Of a stretch of 32,000 nucleotides of DNA, positions 18,107-28,103 are shown piece by piece (within the stretch, counting starts at the first letter, position 1; each line of letters begins with the position of its first letter). Origin of the DNA: Cupriavidus necator. GTDB taxonomy: Bacteria; Pseudomonadota; Gammaproteobacteria; Burkholderiales; Burkholderiaceae. A program made the translations under genes and the position numbers. The stretch spans positions 120,001 through 152,000 of the forward strand of contig NZ_CP066018.1 in NCBI RefSeq assembly GCF_016127575.1, read 5' to 3'. A model generated the notes under the pieces. It was not told the origin of the DNA. It was given only the letters and a program-made list of their open reading frames with translations, and did not search any database.

Positions 18107-19168
18107 CTAGCGCCCTGCCGCGCGGTAGCGCATCGCGAATTGCCACCCCAGTTCGGCCAGCGGCGCCGCCTTCCTGCCTGTCTCCACGGCATCCGCCGCG
18201 GCGGCGTTGCCGCTCCTGGCTCGCTGCCCGATGCCGTGCATGATCGCCGCGAGCCGGAAGAAGTTGTAGGCAAGATAGAAGTCCCAGTGCTCGAGCGCGT
18301 GCGTGCCGTTGGTCTCGCCGTACCAGCGCAGGTAGGTCGCCTCGTCGGGAATGCCCAGCGCCTGCAGGTCGAGCCCGCCGATACCGCGCCACAGGTCGGC
18401 CGGGATATGCCAGCTCATGCAGTGGTAGGCCAGGTCCGCCAGCGGGTGGCCGAGCGTGGACAGCTCCCAGTCGAGCACGCCGATGACGCGGGGCTCGGTG
18501 GGATGGAAGACGAGGTTGTCCATGCGGTAGTCGCCATGCACCACGCTGGTCTGCTCCGCGTCCGGGACATGCTGCGGCAGCCACTCTGCCAGCGCCGCCA
18601 GCGCCTTGTTGTCGCCCATGCCGGTGTCGCGGCACTGGCCGGCCCAGCGCGCGACCTGGCGCGCCACGTAGCCGCCGCTCCTGCCATAGTCCGCCAGGCC
18701 GGCGGCGCGATAGTCCACCCGGTGCAAGGCGCCGATCACGCGGTTCATCTCGCGGTAGATCGCGGCGCGCTGTTGCGGGGACTGGCCCGGCAGGGACTGG
18801 TCATAGATCACGCGGCCCTGCAGGAATCCCATCACGTAGAAAGGCGTGCCAAGGATCGTGGTGTCTTCGCTGTACAGGTAGACCCGCGGCACCGGCACGT
18901 CGCTGTCGCGCAGCGCGTGCATCACGCGGTACTCGCGGTCGATGGCATGGGCAGACGACAGCAACTGGCCCGGCGGCTTGGTGCGCAGCACGTACTGCTG
19001 CGCGCCGCAGGCCAGCCGGTAGGTCGGATTGGACTGGCCGCCGGCAAGGCGCTCCAGGGTCAGTTCGGGCCGGTCGATCAGGCCTTCTGCGTGCAGCAGC
19101 GTCGCCAGGGCAGCGCTGTCGAAACCCGAACCGCCAGTGGCGGCGGGAACTGCAAGGGCTGGTTGCAT
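18107..19168 (-). CDS. Phosphotransferase-family protein (APH-like kinase, ACAD10/11 N-terminal type)
   Basis: GAGGAGAG upstream of ATG 19168. GGQSNPTY, catalytic HGDYRMDNLVF and DWELS motifs. Confidence 0.88.
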   Translation of the reverse strand: MQPALAVPAATGGSGFDSAALATLLHAEGLIDRPELTLERLAGGQSNPTYRLACGAQQYVLRTKPPGQLLSSAHAIDREYRVMHALRDSDVPVPRVYLYSEDTTILGTPFYVMGFLQGRVIYDQSLPGQSPQQRAAIYREMNRVIGALHRVDYRAAGLADYGRSGGYVARQVARWAGQCRDTGMGDNKALAALAEWLPQHVPDAEQTSVVHGDYRMDNLVFHPTEPRVIGVLDWELSTLGHPLADLAYHCMSWHIPADLWRGIGGLDLQALGIPDEATYLRWYGETNGTHALEHWDFYLAYNFFRLAAIMHGIGQRARSGNAAAADAVETGRKAAPLAELGWQFAMRYRAAGR

Positions 19169-19197
19169 CGGATCGCTCTCCTCGATTGCGGGTGGGC

Positions 19198-19986
19198 TCA
19201 GAGCGAGCTGACCGCGTGGCCGCCGTCCACGGGCAGCACCGTACCGGTCATGTAGTCGGAAGCATCCGAGGCCAGCAGCAGCAGCGCGCCGTCGAGCTGG
19301 CGGGGCTGGCCGAGCCGGCGCTGCGGAATGCGCCCGATCATGGCCCGGCCGCTGTCGGTCTTGAAGAAGCCGCGGTTGATGTCGGTCTCGAAATAGCCCG
19401 GCGCCAGCGCGTTGACGCGGATCCCGTGCCGCGCCCATTCCAGCGCCAGCGAGCGCGTCAGGTGGATCAGGCCCGCCTTCGCGGCGGTGTAGGCCGGGAC
19501 CTGCTGCGCCACGCGCAGGCCGAGGATCGACGCGATATTGACGATGCTGCCGCCGCTGCCGGCCTCGCGCATCATCCGCGCCGCGCACTGCGCCACGCGC
19601 CAGGCGCCGTTCAGGTTGGTATCGATCACGCCTTGCCAGGCGTCCTCATCCACCTCCATGGCCGGCCCGGTGGTGGCGATGCCGGCGCTGTTGACCACCA
19701 CCTGGACCGGGCCGAGCTGTTGGCGCGCCGTCTCGAACGCCGCGCCGACCGATGCAGGATCCCTAACGTCGAGCGCTACGACGCAGCCTTGCCCGCCCTG
19801 CTTGCGCAGTTCCGCCAGCACGGCCTCGCCTTCGGCCACGCGCCGGCCCGCCAGCGCCACCTTGCAGCCGGCGCGCGCCAGCGTCTGCGCAAAATGCAGG
19901 CCCAGGCCGCCAAAGGCCCCGGTCACCAGCGCTACCTTGCCCTCCAGGTCGGCAAACAGGCCGAGGTTGCGTTCTTGCTGGTTCAT
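19198..19986 (-). CDS. SDR-family oxidoreductase
   Basis: GAGGAGA upstream of ATG 19986. TGAFGGLG cofactor motif; Y-x3-K as YTAAK. 29 nt upstream of the kinase gene, a likely operon. Confidence 0.9.
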   Translation of the reverse strand: MNQQERNLGLFADLEGKVALVTGAFGGLGLHFAQTLARAGCKVALAGRRVAEGEAVLAELRKQGGQGCVVALDVRDPASVGAAFETARQQLGPVQVVVNSAGIATTGPAMEVDEDAWQGVIDTNLNGAWRVAQCAARMMREAGSGGSIVNIASILGLRVAQQVPAYTAAKAGLIHLTRSLALEWARHGIRVNALAPGYFETDINRGFFKTDSGRAMIGRIPQRRLGQPRQLDGALLLLASDASDYMTGTVLPVDGGHAVSSL

Positions 19987-20009
19987 TGCTTGTCTCCTCT
20001 GCATCGGGC

Positions 20010-21449
20010 TCAGGCGGCCTTGAGCATGTCCTCGACCACCTTCTTGGCGTCGCCGAACACCATCATGGTCTTGTCCATGTAGAACAGCTCGTTGTCCAGC
20101 CCGGCGTAGCCGGCGGCCATGGAGCGCTTGTTGACGATGATGGTCTTGGCCTTGTAGGCCTCCAGGATCGGCATGCCGGCGATCGGCGACTTGGGGTCGT
20201 TCTTGGCCGCCGGATTGACCACGTCGTTGGCGCCCAGCACCAGCACCACGTCGGCCTGGCCGAACTCGCTGTTGATGTCTTCCATCTCGAAGACCTGGTC
20301 GTACGGCACCTCGGCCTCGGCCAGCAGCACGTTCATATGGCCCGGCATACGGCCCGCCACCGGGTGGATTGCGTACTTCACGGTCACGCCCTTCTCCGTG
20401 AGCGCTTCGGTCAGTTCTTTCAGCGCGTGCTGCGCGCGCGCCACCGCCAGGCCATAGCCCGGGACGATGATGACCGTCTCGGCGTTACCCATCAGGAAGG
20501 CGGCGTCGTCCGCCGAGCCCGATTTCACGTTGCGCTGCGCCTGCCCTGCCGGGCCGCCCGCGGCCGCGGCGTCGCTGCCGAAGCCGCCCAGGATCACGTT
20601 GAAGAACGAGCGGTTCATCGCCCGGCACATGATGTACGACAGGATCGCACCGGAGGAGCCCACCAGCGAGCCGGCGATGATCAGCATCGGGTTGTTCAGC
20701 GAGAAGCCGATGCCCGCCGCCGCCCAGCCCGAGTACGAGTTCAGCATCGACACCACCACCGGCATGTCGGCGCCGCCGATCGGAATGATGATCAGCACGC
20801 CCAGCACGAAGGCGATCGCCAGCATGACCAGGAACGGCATCCATGCCTGCGTCAGGAAGAACGCAATGCCAAAGCCCACCATCGCCACCGCCAGCAGCAG
20901 GTTCAGCCAGTGCTGGCCGGCGAACACCACCGGTGCGCCCTGGAACAGCCGGAACTTGTAGCGCCCGGCCAGCTTGCCGAAGGCGATCACCGAGCCCGAG
21001 AAGGTGATGGCGCCGACGAAGCAGCCGATGAAGAGTTCGATGCGGTTGCCCAGCGGAATGTCATGCGAACCGGCAACCGTGATGCCGAAGGCAGCGGGCT
21101 CCGCCACTGCCGCCACCGAAATAAACACGGCGGCCAGGCCGATCAGCGAGTGCATCGCTGCGACCAACTCGGGCATCTTGGTCATCTGCACCTTCTTCGC
21201 CACATAGGCGCCGATGCCGCCGCCCACTACCAGCGCCGCCAGGATCAGCGCCCCGCCGGACAGCAGCTCGCTCTTCAGCTTGAAGATCAGCGCCACCGTG
21301 GTGAGCGCCGCCACCAACATGCCGGCCATGCCGAAGGTATTGCCGCGCCGCGCCGTGGTCGGGTGTGACAGCCCCTTGAGCGCCTGGATAAAGCAAACAG
21401 ACGCGCCCAGGTAGGACAGCGTCACCATATTCATCGACAGGCCATTCAT
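20010..21449 (-). CDS. pntB: NAD(P) transhydrogenase subunit beta
   Basis: Full-length similarity to PntB (multi-TM N-terminal half, soluble dIII with [11 protein letters not shown]...VLLAEA). ATGA overlap with pntAB. Confidence 0.95.
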   Translation of the reverse strand: MNGLSMNMVTLSYLGASVCFIQALKGLSHPTTARRGNTFGMAGMLVAALTTVALIFKLKSELLSGGALILAALVVGGGIGAYVAKKVQMTKMPELVAAMHSLIGLAAVFISVAAVAEPAAFGITVAGSHDIPLGNRIELFIGCFVGAITFSGSVIAFGKLAGRYKFRLFQGAPVVFAGQHWLNLLLAVAMVGFGIAFFLTQAWMPFLVMLAIAFVLGVLIIIPIGGADMPVVVSMLNSYSGWAAAGIGFSLNNPMLIIAGSLVGSSGAILSYIMCRAMNRSFFNVILGGFGSDAAAAGGPAGQAQRNVKSGSADDAAFLMGNAETVIIVPGYGLAVARAQHALKELTEALTEKGVTVKYAIHPVAGRMPGHMNVLLAEAEVPYDQVFEMEDINSEFGQADVVLVLGANDVVNPAAKNDPKSPIAGMPILEAYKAKTIIVNKRSMAAGYAGLDNELFYMDKTMMVFGDAKKVVEDMLKAA

Positions 21450-21796
21450 TGCGCTACCTCCGCCAGTTTGCCGCCAGGCTGCCCCTTGGCTTCGGGCTGC
21501 GCCTTGGGTGCCTTCTTCCTGAACATCTCCAGCATGCGCTGCGTGACCAGGAAGCCGCCGAACACATTCACCGCCGCCAGCGCCACCGCCAGCGTCCCCA
21601 TTGAGCGGCCAACGTAGCCCTCGGTCAGGCCGGCGGCCAGCATGGCGCCGACGATGATGATGGCCGAGATCGCATTGGTCACCGCCATCAGCGGCGTGTG
21701 CAGCGCGGGGGTTACCGTCCAGACCACGTGGTAGCCCACGTAGATCGCCAGTACAAAGATGATCAGGTTGAACACCGTGTGGCTAACCATTTCCAT
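21446..21796 (-). CDS. pntAB: NAD(P) transhydrogenase subunit alpha part 2 (membrane)
   Basis: 116 aa with three TM helices. [23 protein letters not shown] is typical of split PntA. Confidence 0.9.
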   Translation of the reverse strand: MEMVSHTVFNLIIFVLAIYVGYHVVWTVTPALHTPLMAVTNAISAIIIVGAMLAAGLTEGYVGRSMGTLAVALAAVNVFGGFLVTQRMLEMFRKKAPKAQPEAKGQPGGKLAEVAQ

Positions 21797-21818
21797 CGAG
21801 ATCTCCTTGATTGCCGGT

Positions 21819-22937
21819 TCAGCTGGCCAGCGCCAGTTCTTCGCGCCGCGTCATCAGGCAGGCGGCGACGATGTCGTCTTCCAGGTTCAGCGTGAACTGG
21901 CCGTTCTTGTCGATGACCAGCTTGAGGAAGTCCAGCACGTTGCGGGCATAGAGCGCCGAGGCGTCGGCCGCGACCATGCTGGCCAGGTTGGTGTGGCCGA
22001 TGATGATGACGCCGTTGTGGTTGACCACTTCGTCGGCCACCGTCAGCGGGCAGTTGCCGCCCTGTGCCGCGGCCAGGTCTACCACCACCGAGCCGGGTTT
22101 CATCTGCGCCACGGTGGTTTCCTGCAGCAGCACCGGCGCCTTGCGGCCCGGGATCAGTGCGGTGGTGATGACGATGTCGGCCTGGACGGCGCGCTGGTGC
22201 ACCAGCTCGGCCTGGCGCTTCATCCAGTCCGGCGGCATCGGGCGTGCATAGCCGCCGACGCCCTGGGCGATCTCGCGCTCTTCATCGGTGAGGAAGGGCA
22301 CGTCGAGGAACTTGGCGCCGAGCGATTCGATCTGCTCCTTGACCGCTGGGCGCACATCGGAGGCCTCGATCACCGCACCCAGCCGCTTGGCCGTGGCGAT
22401 GGCCTGCAGGCCGGCGACGCCTGCGCCCAGGATCAGCACGCGCGCGGCCTTGACGGTGCCGGCGGCGGTCATCAGCATCGGCATGAAGCGCTGGTAGTGG
22501 TGCGCCGCCACCAGCACGGCCTTGTAGCCGGCGATGTTGGCCTGCGACGACAGCACGTCCATGCTCTGCGCGCGCGTCGTGCGCGGCGCGGCTTCAAGCG
22601 CAAAGGCGGTGATGTTCGCGGCGGACATGCGCGCGTTGTTCTCGGCGTCGAAGGGATTGAGCATGCCGACCAGCACGGCGCCCGGCTTCATCTGCGCCAG
22701 CTCGGCTTCGTCCGGTGCGCGCACCTTCAGCACCAGTTGCGCGCCCAGCGCCTCGGCGGCGCTGCCGATGCGCGCGCCCGCGGCCTCATAGGCGCTGTCG
22801 GTCTGGCTGGCACGCACGCCGGCGCCAGCCTGCAATATGACCTGGTGGCCCTGTGCCACGTATTTCTTCACGGTCTCCGGCGTTGCGGCAACGCGCGCCT
22901 CCCCCGCCCGCGTCTCAGTCGGGATCCCTATCTGCAT
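21819..22937 (-). CDS. pntAA: NAD(P) transhydrogenase subunit alpha part 1 (dI, NAD(H)-binding)
   Basis: AAGGAGA upstream of ATG 22937 ([21 protein letters not shown]...). Rossmann motif [13 protein letters not shown]. Confidence 0.93.
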   Translation of the reverse strand: MQIGIPTETRAGEARVAATPETVKKYVAQGHQVILQAGAGVRASQTDSAYEAAGARIGSAAEALGAQLVLKVRAPDEAELAQMKPGAVLVGMLNPFDAENNARMSAANITAFALEAAPRTTRAQSMDVLSSQANIAGYKAVLVAAHHYQRFMPMLMTAAGTVKAARVLILGAGVAGLQAIATAKRLGAVIEASDVRPAVKEQIESLGAKFLDVPFLTDEEREIAQGVGGYARPMPPDWMKRQAELVHQRAVQADIVITTALIPGRKAPVLLQETTVAQMKPGSVVVDLAAAQGGNCPLTVADEVVNHNGVIIIGHTNLASMVAADASALYARNVLDFLKLVIDKNGQFTLNLEDDIVAACLMTRREELALAS

Positions 22938-23053
22938 TTCAATCTCCTTTGGTCCCGTGCATTCCGTGCGTCGGGGGTGGACGGGCAACCTGTGTGCCGG
23001 GCGCCGCATGCCGGATCAACGGCAAGGCGCGGCGCCGGTCTTGGCGGTACAGC

Positions 23054-23848
23054 TCAGCGGGGCACTTCCCCTTCCAGCGTGACGCGGTTCAGCACGCGAT
23101 CGGCATTGCCATAGTCGTGCACGGCGTAGTGCATGGTGCAGCGGTTATCCCACATCACTACATCGCCCTCCTGCCACATATGGCGGTAGACGTTGTCCGG
23201 CGTCACCGAGTGCTCATACAGGAAGTCGAGCAGCGGACGGCTCTCCGCTTCGGTCATGCCTTCGATGCACTGCGCGGTGTCGGGGTGGCCGACATAAAGC
23301 GCCTTGCGCCCGGTCTCCGGGTGCGTGCGCACGATCGGGTGCACCGCCGTCGGCACCTTGTCCGAACCCGTCATCCTGGCCAGCCGCGCCCCCGAGAAGC
23401 GGGCCCGCAGCCCGTCGATCATGCGCTGCATCGCCGGCGACAGGCGGTCGTACGAGACGTACTGGTTGCACCACATGGTGTCGCCACCGATGGGGATGGT
23501 GACGGCCGACAGGATGGAGATCTTCGGCGGCACCTCGGTATAGATCGAGTCGGAATGCCAGGCCTCGGTCGAGGCGGTTTCCTTCGGGATCCTGGTGACC
23601 TGCGCCAGTTCCGGGAACTCGGTCAGGCCCTTGAGCAGCGGGTTGCCCTGCACCGGCTTGCCCCAGCGCCGGGCGAACGCGACCTGCGCGGCCGGCTGCA
23701 GCTGCTGGCCGCGGAACACCAGCACGCCATGCTCCAGGAATGCCCGGTGCAGGATCTCGAAGCTGGCGTCGTCGAGCGGCTGGTTCAGGTCGACACCGGT
23801 CACGGCTGCGGCCACGGAGCCGGTCAGCGGCTTGATCTGGATTGTCAT
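23054..23848 (-). CDS. TauD/TfdA-family Fe(II)/2-oxoglutarate dioxygenase
   Basis: HxD facial-triad motif WHSDSIY and C-terminal MWDNRCTMHYA. Two adjacent ATGs (23851, 23848); the second has better SD spacing (GAGGAG). Confidence 0.88.
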   Translation of the reverse strand: MTIQIKPLTGSVAAAVTGVDLNQPLDDASFEILHRAFLEHGVLVFRGQQLQPAAQVAFARRWGKPVQGNPLLKGLTEFPELAQVTRIPKETASTEAWHSDSIYTEVPPKISILSAVTIPIGGDTMWCNQYVSYDRLSPAMQRMIDGLRARFSGARLARMTGSDKVPTAVHPIVRTHPETGRKALYVGHPDTAQCIEGMTEAESRPLLDFLYEHSVTPDNVYRHMWQEGDVVMWDNRCTMHYAVHDYGNADRVLNRVTLEGEVPR

Positions 23849-23882
23849 CATGTCTCCTCTTATCTATCGCTTCTCTGTGGAA

Positions 23883-24854
23883 TCAGTCGACCAGCAACAC
23901 GATCTTGCCGACGTGCTGGTCTTGCTTCATGTATGCATGCGCGGCGTCGATGTCGGTCATGGCAAAGGTCCGGTCGATCGGCAGCCGCACGCGGCCCGCG
24001 CGCAAAAAGGGCAGCATGTCGCGCGCGCAGGCCTGGATGCATTCCAGCCGCTCCTGTTCCGTGCGCGTGCGGAAGGTCACGCCGATCAGCTGCAGGCGCT
24101 TGAGCCAGAGCTGCGCCAGGTCGATCTGGGCGGTCGCCGAGCCCAGCCGCGCGATATTCACCAGGCGGCCCTTGACCGCCAGGCTCTTCATGTTGGCCTC
24201 GAACACCGGGCCGCCGACGGTATCGATGATGATGTCGACGCCCTTGTTGTCGGTGGCCTGCAAGACGGCCTCGACCTGGTCGTCCTGCGAGGCGTCGATG
24301 CCGACATCCACGCCAAACTGGATGATCTTGTCGAGCTTGGCCGCCGAGCGCGAGGACGCGATCACGGGCCGGGCGCCCATCAGCGAGGCGATCTGGATCG
24401 TCGCCATCGCCACGCCGCCCGAGGCGCCGTTGACCAGCACCGACTCGCCCGCCACCAGGCGGCCGTTGGTAACCAGAGCGTCATGCGCGGTGATAAAGAC
24501 GTTGGGGAACGCCGCGGCATCGATCCACGACATGCCGTCCGGCACCGGGATCAGCGCCAACGGATCGGCCACCACATACTCCGCCTGGCAGCCGCGGCCG
24601 TGGCCCATCACGCGGTCGCCCTTGCGCCAGCCGCTGACGCCTTCACCGACTTCGGCGATCTCGCCGGCAAATTCGACGCCGGTGGTGATGGTGTTGCCCG
24701 AGCGCAGTTCCTTCGCCTGGTTGATCTCGCCACGGTTGAGGCCGGCAGCGCGCACCCTCACCAGTACCTGCCCCGCTGCCGCCACCGGCACGGGGATAGC
24801 CTGCACTTCGACCTTGCCGCCCTCGGGGCCCGGCACTACACGGACTGCCTTCAC
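23883..24854 (-). CDS. Zinc-independent MDR-family NAD(P)H:quinone oxidoreductase-like protein
   Basis: GTG start preceded by AAGGAGA. MKAVRV...GQVLVRVRAAGLN..., cofactor loop VNGASGGV. Confidence 0.88.
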   Translation of the reverse strand: MKAVRVVPGPEGGKVEVQAIPVPVAAAGQVLVRVRAAGLNRGEINQAKELRSGNTITTGVEFAGEIAEVGEGVSGWRKGDRVMGHGRGCQAEYVVADPLALIPVPDGMSWIDAAAFPNVFITAHDALVTNGRLVAGESVLVNGASGGVAMATIQIASLMGARPVIASSRSAAKLDKIIQFGVDVGIDASQDDQVEAVLQATDNKGVDIIIDTVGGPVFEANMKSLAVKGRLVNIARLGSATAQIDLAQLWLKRLQLIGVTFRTRTEQERLECIQACARDMLPFLRAGRVRLPIDRTFAMTDIDAAHAYMKQDQHVGKIVLLVD

Positions 24855-24906
24855 TGTTGTCTCCTTATCCTGTCTCTCGACGTGTCTCTTGCTGTGTCTG
24901 AACTTG

Positions 24907-25272
24907 CTATGCGCGTCCCAGCGCCGTCGCGCGGATCAGCGACAGCAGTTCCAGCGCCCGTTCGGCAGCAGCTTCTCCACCCGGATGGTTGCCGCGCACA
25001 AACGGCGCCCGCGTGTCCTCGATGGCGGCCAGCGCGTGCAGCGGCTTCTCCGCCGCCACCGCCAGCCGCCGGAATTCATTGACCGTCAGCAGGTAGGTGT
25101 GGAACACATCCGCCTGCGGCGGCGTCGCGCCCAGCTTGTGCAGCAGCGCGTTCAGCCAGTGCGTGCCCGCCAGCATCGCGCCTTCGATAGTCATCTCGTA
25201 GTCGGCGCTGGTGCACTTCTGCAGCGACGCCTCGAGACTGCGCGCAATCGCCATGTGCTGCTCAATGTCCAT
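24907..25272 (-). CDS. Hypothetical helical protein (paralog B, 121 aa)
   Basis: GGAAGGAGA upstream of ATG 25272. Shares the AGTHxxNAxLHxxG and IExxRxP motifs with the upstream gene. No family recognised. Confidence 0.6.
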   Translation of the reverse strand: MDIEQHMAIARSLEASLQKCTSADYEMTIEGAMLAGTHWLNALLHKLGATPPQADVFHTYLLTVNEFRRLAVAAEKPLHALAAIEDTRAPFVRGNHPGGEAAAERALELLSLIRATALGRA

Positions 25273-25723
25273 GGCGGTCTCCTTCCAGGCGCGCTTCCAA
25301 TAAGTCCAGGCAGCGGCGCAGCGCGGCATCGCAACCCTCGGCAATCTCGGCGGTGGGTGCCAACCCTTCGCGCAGACAGGGATCACGGTAGTGCTCGATG
25401 TGCTCCATCGCTTCCATCATCCCGGCGATATCGGCAGGCACCAGCCCCTCCACTTTCGGGCGGCCGACATGCAGTACGTCGCCGAGCGGCCGGAACGCCG
25501 GCTTCAGGCTGCCGTCGGGCTGCGGCACCAGGTAGACGCCGGGTTGCGTGGGGAACCGGTCGTCGTCCAGCGTGATGCCGGCCTGGTGCAGTGCTGCATT
25601 GACGGCATGGGTGCCAGCGGTCATGCCTGCCCAGAACCACAGGCCGAAGTCCTGCAGCGGATCCAGGCGTGCGCGCAGGGCCTGCAGCTTCGCGATCTTC
25701 TCCTTGTGTGACATGACGTTCAT
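25262..25723 (-). CDS. Hypothetical helical protein (paralog A, 153 aa)
   Basis: GGAGAAGG upstream of ATG 25723. Its 3' end overlaps the next gene by 11 nt (25262-25272). No family recognised. Confidence 0.6.
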   Translation of the reverse strand: MNVMSHKEKIAKLQALRARLDPLQDFGLWFWAGMTAGTHAVNAALHQAGITLDDDRFPTQPGVYLVPQPDGSLKPAFRPLGDVLHVGRPKVEGLVPADIAGMMEAMEHIEHYRDPCLREGLAPTAEIAEGCDAALRRCLDLLEARLEGDRHGH

Positions 25724-25787
25724 GTCCGCCTTCTCCGTTGATTCACTGCGTCAATGCTCCGGCGCAAACAACATCGCCGTTGTCATG

Positions 25788-25932
25788 ACGATAGACAGCG
25801 GCCGGACTGATGTCAACAAACTTCTATATAGGACTTCAACTGTAGGAGTAGTGGTTTTCTCTGAGTTCCGCTGTTTTATCCTTGACTATATGGCAGCCGA
25901 CTCCCTACATTTGACCTCAACACCTATACAGG
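25788..25932. promoter_or_regulatory. AT-rich divergent promoter region with three CTATAYRG boxes
   Basis: Minus strand: TTGACA (25816-25811), 17-nt spacer, TATCGT (25793-25788). Plus strand: TTGACT (25882-25887), 18-nt spacer, TACATT (25906-25911). Boxes: CTATATAG 25824-25831 (perfect palindrome), CTATATGG 25886-25893, CTATACAG 25924-25931. Confidence 0.35.
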
Positions 25933-25941
25933 AGTTGATCA

Positions 25942-26232
25942 ATGCCCCGAGCCATCGTACTGAACCCGGCCGACAATGTGGCCACCCTGCTGGACGCCGG
26001 CCAGGCCGGCGAAGCCTGCGCACTGGAAGGCGAGCGACAAGGCAGGCTGGTGCTGCTGCAAGACGTGCCGTTCGGCCACAAGATCTGCATCGCCGACACG
26101 GCCGAGGGACAAACCATCGTGAAGTACGGCCAGGTCATCGGCCGCGCCAGCCGCGCGGTGCGCGCCGGAGAACACATGCATGTTCACAACATCGAGTCGG
26201 CGCGTGCCCGCGGCGACCTGCAAAAGGGGTAA
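25942..26232 (+). CDS. UxaA-family lyase/dehydratase small subunit (SAF domain)
   Basis: 96 aa. ADNVATLL...DVPFGHKICIADTAEGQTIVKYGQVIGRA...GEHMHVHN is the N-terminal SAF module of altronate-dehydratase-like enzymes. CAGGAG sits before the ATG. Confidence 0.85.
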   Translation: MPRAIVLNPADNVATLLDAGQAGEACALEGERQGRLVLLQDVPFGHKICIADTAEGQTIVKYGQVIGRASRAVRAGEHMHVHNIESARARGDLQKG

Positions 26233-27392
26233 TGCAGATGACAGCAACCTTCCTCGGATACCCGCGCGAGAACGGCGCGGTCGGTGTGCGCAACTGGGTC
26301 GCGGTGGTCTCCGTGATGGACAACTGCAATCCGGTCACCCGCACCATTGCCCGCACCGTGGGCGGCTGCATCCCGGTCACGACGCTGTTCGTGCGCGGAC
26401 AGTTCGGCGCCGACCTGGATTTCGCATTCGAGTCGCTGGCCGGCCTGGGCCGCAATCCCAATATCGCCGCGGTGCTGCTGGTGGGCCTGGAGGAATCGTC
26501 GACGGAAGAAGTCGCGCGCCGCATCCGCAGCACCGGCAAGCCGGTCGAATGCGTGCACCTGCAGCCCGACGGCACGGTCGCATGCATTGCCGAAGGCACG
26601 CGCAAGGCCAGCCGTCTGTCGCTGGCCGCGTCGAAGGCGCGCCGCGTGCCATGCCCGGTGTCGTCGCTGGTGATCGGCGTCGAGTGCGGCGGTTCTGACA
26701 CCACTTCCGGGCTGAGCTGCAACCCCGTGATCGGCCGCATGGCGGACATGGTGGTCGCCGGCGGCGGCACCGTGATCATTTCCGAGACCTCGGAGTTCAT
26801 CGGCGCCGAGCACCTGTTCGCCGAGCGCGCGGCTGATGGCCGGGTGCGCGAGGCCTTCGTCACGGCGGTGCGCAACATGGAAGACCTGGCGATCTCGCGC
26901 GGGGTCGACATGCGCGAGGACCAGCCTTCGCCCGACAACAAGCGCGGCGGCCTGACCACGGTCGAGGAAAAGGCGCTGGGCGCGATGGCCAAGGCCGGCA
27001 CCAGCCCGCTGGTGGGCGTGCTGCGCTACGGCGAGGCGCCGCAGAAGAAGGGGCTGCATTTCATGGACGCGCCGGCCGCGGCAGTGGAAAATCTGACTGC
27101 GCTGGCTGCCGGCGGATGCCAGCTCACCTTCTTCGGCACGGGGGTGGGCAATCCGATCGGCAGCATGGTGGCACCGACCGTCAAGGTGTGCGGCAACGTC
27201 AATACCCTGCACACCATGGCCGACAACATTGACTTCGACGTCAGCGGAGTCCTGCAGAACGGGGACAAGATCTCCGACCTCGGCGAGCAGCTGTTTGGCT
27301 ATGCGATGGACGTCGCATCCGGCACGCGGCTGACCAGCGAGGTGCTCGATATCCGGGAGACCGCGGTCAGTCGATTCGCACTGAGCCTCTGA
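26232..27392 (+). CDS. UxaA-family lyase/dehydratase large subunit
   Basis: TAATG stop/start overlap at 26230-26234. GYPRENGAVGVRNWV..., ECGGSDTTSG, PSPDNKRGGLTTVEEKALGA are typical of the UxaA C-terminal domain. Confidence 0.9.
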   Translation: MQMTATFLGYPRENGAVGVRNWVAVVSVMDNCNPVTRTIARTVGGCIPVTTLFVRGQFGADLDFAFESLAGLGRNPNIAAVLLVGLEESSTEEVARRIRSTGKPVECVHLQPDGTVACIAEGTRKASRLSLAASKARRVPCPVSSLVIGVECGGSDTTSGLSCNPVIGRMADMVVAGGGTVIISETSEFIGAEHLFAERAADGRVREAFVTAVRNMEDLAISRGVDMREDQPSPDNKRGGLTTVEEKALGAMAKAGTSPLVGVLRYGEAPQKKGLHFMDAPAAAVENLTALAAGGCQLTFFGTGVGNPIGSMVAPTVKVCGNVNTLHTMADNIDFDVSGVLQNGDKISDLGEQLFGYAMDVASGTRLTSEVLDIRETAVSRFALSL

Positions 27393-27398
27393 ACAACC

Positions 27399-28103
27399 AT
27401 GACCAAACTTAGCAGCGTCTCCGACGCGATCATCCGCTCCATCGAATCCGGCGACCTGCGCGAGGGCGACCGCCTGCCCTCCGAGGGCGAGCTCGCCAGC
27501 TTCCATGGAGTCAGCGTCGGCACGGTCCAGAAGGCATTGGCACGGCTGACGCATTCCGGACTGATCACGCGCGAACAGGGACGGGGCACCTTTGTTTCCG
27601 GGACGCGCGTGGCGCCGGCGGATGTCCGTTACCTGCGCTTCCGCGATGAACAGGGCAACGAACTGCCGTCCTACGTCCATGCGCGCTCGGTAAAGCGGAT
27701 CAAGCGCAAGGGTCCGTGGTCGGAGTTCCTCGCCGGTGACGGCTACGTGCGCATCGAGCGCGTGATCAGCGTCGGCGGCCGCTTCGACCTCTACAGCGAG
27801 TTCTGGCTGCGCGAGGAAGACTTCGCGCAACTCGGCGGGCTGGACCGCGATGCCCTGGAGAAGAACCTGCGCGAGCTGATCGGCCAGCGCCTGTCGCTGC
27901 CGACGCTGCGCGTGGACCAGTGGATCCGCTTCGGCCCGGCCCCGGCCGTGGCCGCGCAGGAACTTGGTCTGGACCCCGAGGCGCCGGCATTCATCATGGA
28001 GTTGCGTGGCTACACGCTGCGCGACCAGCCGCTCTACTACCAGTCGGTCTACGCCGCCCCGTTCGCGGAGCGCCTGATGATCGTGCGGGAGAAATCGACA
28101 TGA
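27399..28103 (+). CDS. GntR-family transcriptional regulator, HutC subfamily (UTRA effector domain)
   Basis: N-terminal wHTH LPSEGELASFHGVSVGTVQKALARLTHSGLITREQGRGTFV; C-terminal UTRA-like half. Confidence 0.9.
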   Translation: MTKLSSVSDAIIRSIESGDLREGDRLPSEGELASFHGVSVGTVQKALARLTHSGLITREQGRGTFVSGTRVAPADVRYLRFRDEQGNELPSYVHARSVKRIKRKGPWSEFLAGDGYVRIERVISVGGRFDLYSEFWLREEDFAQLGGLDRDALEKNLRELIGQRLSLPTLRVDQWIRFGPAPAVAAQELGLDPEAPAFIMELRGYTLRDQPLYYQSVYAAPFAERLMIVREKST

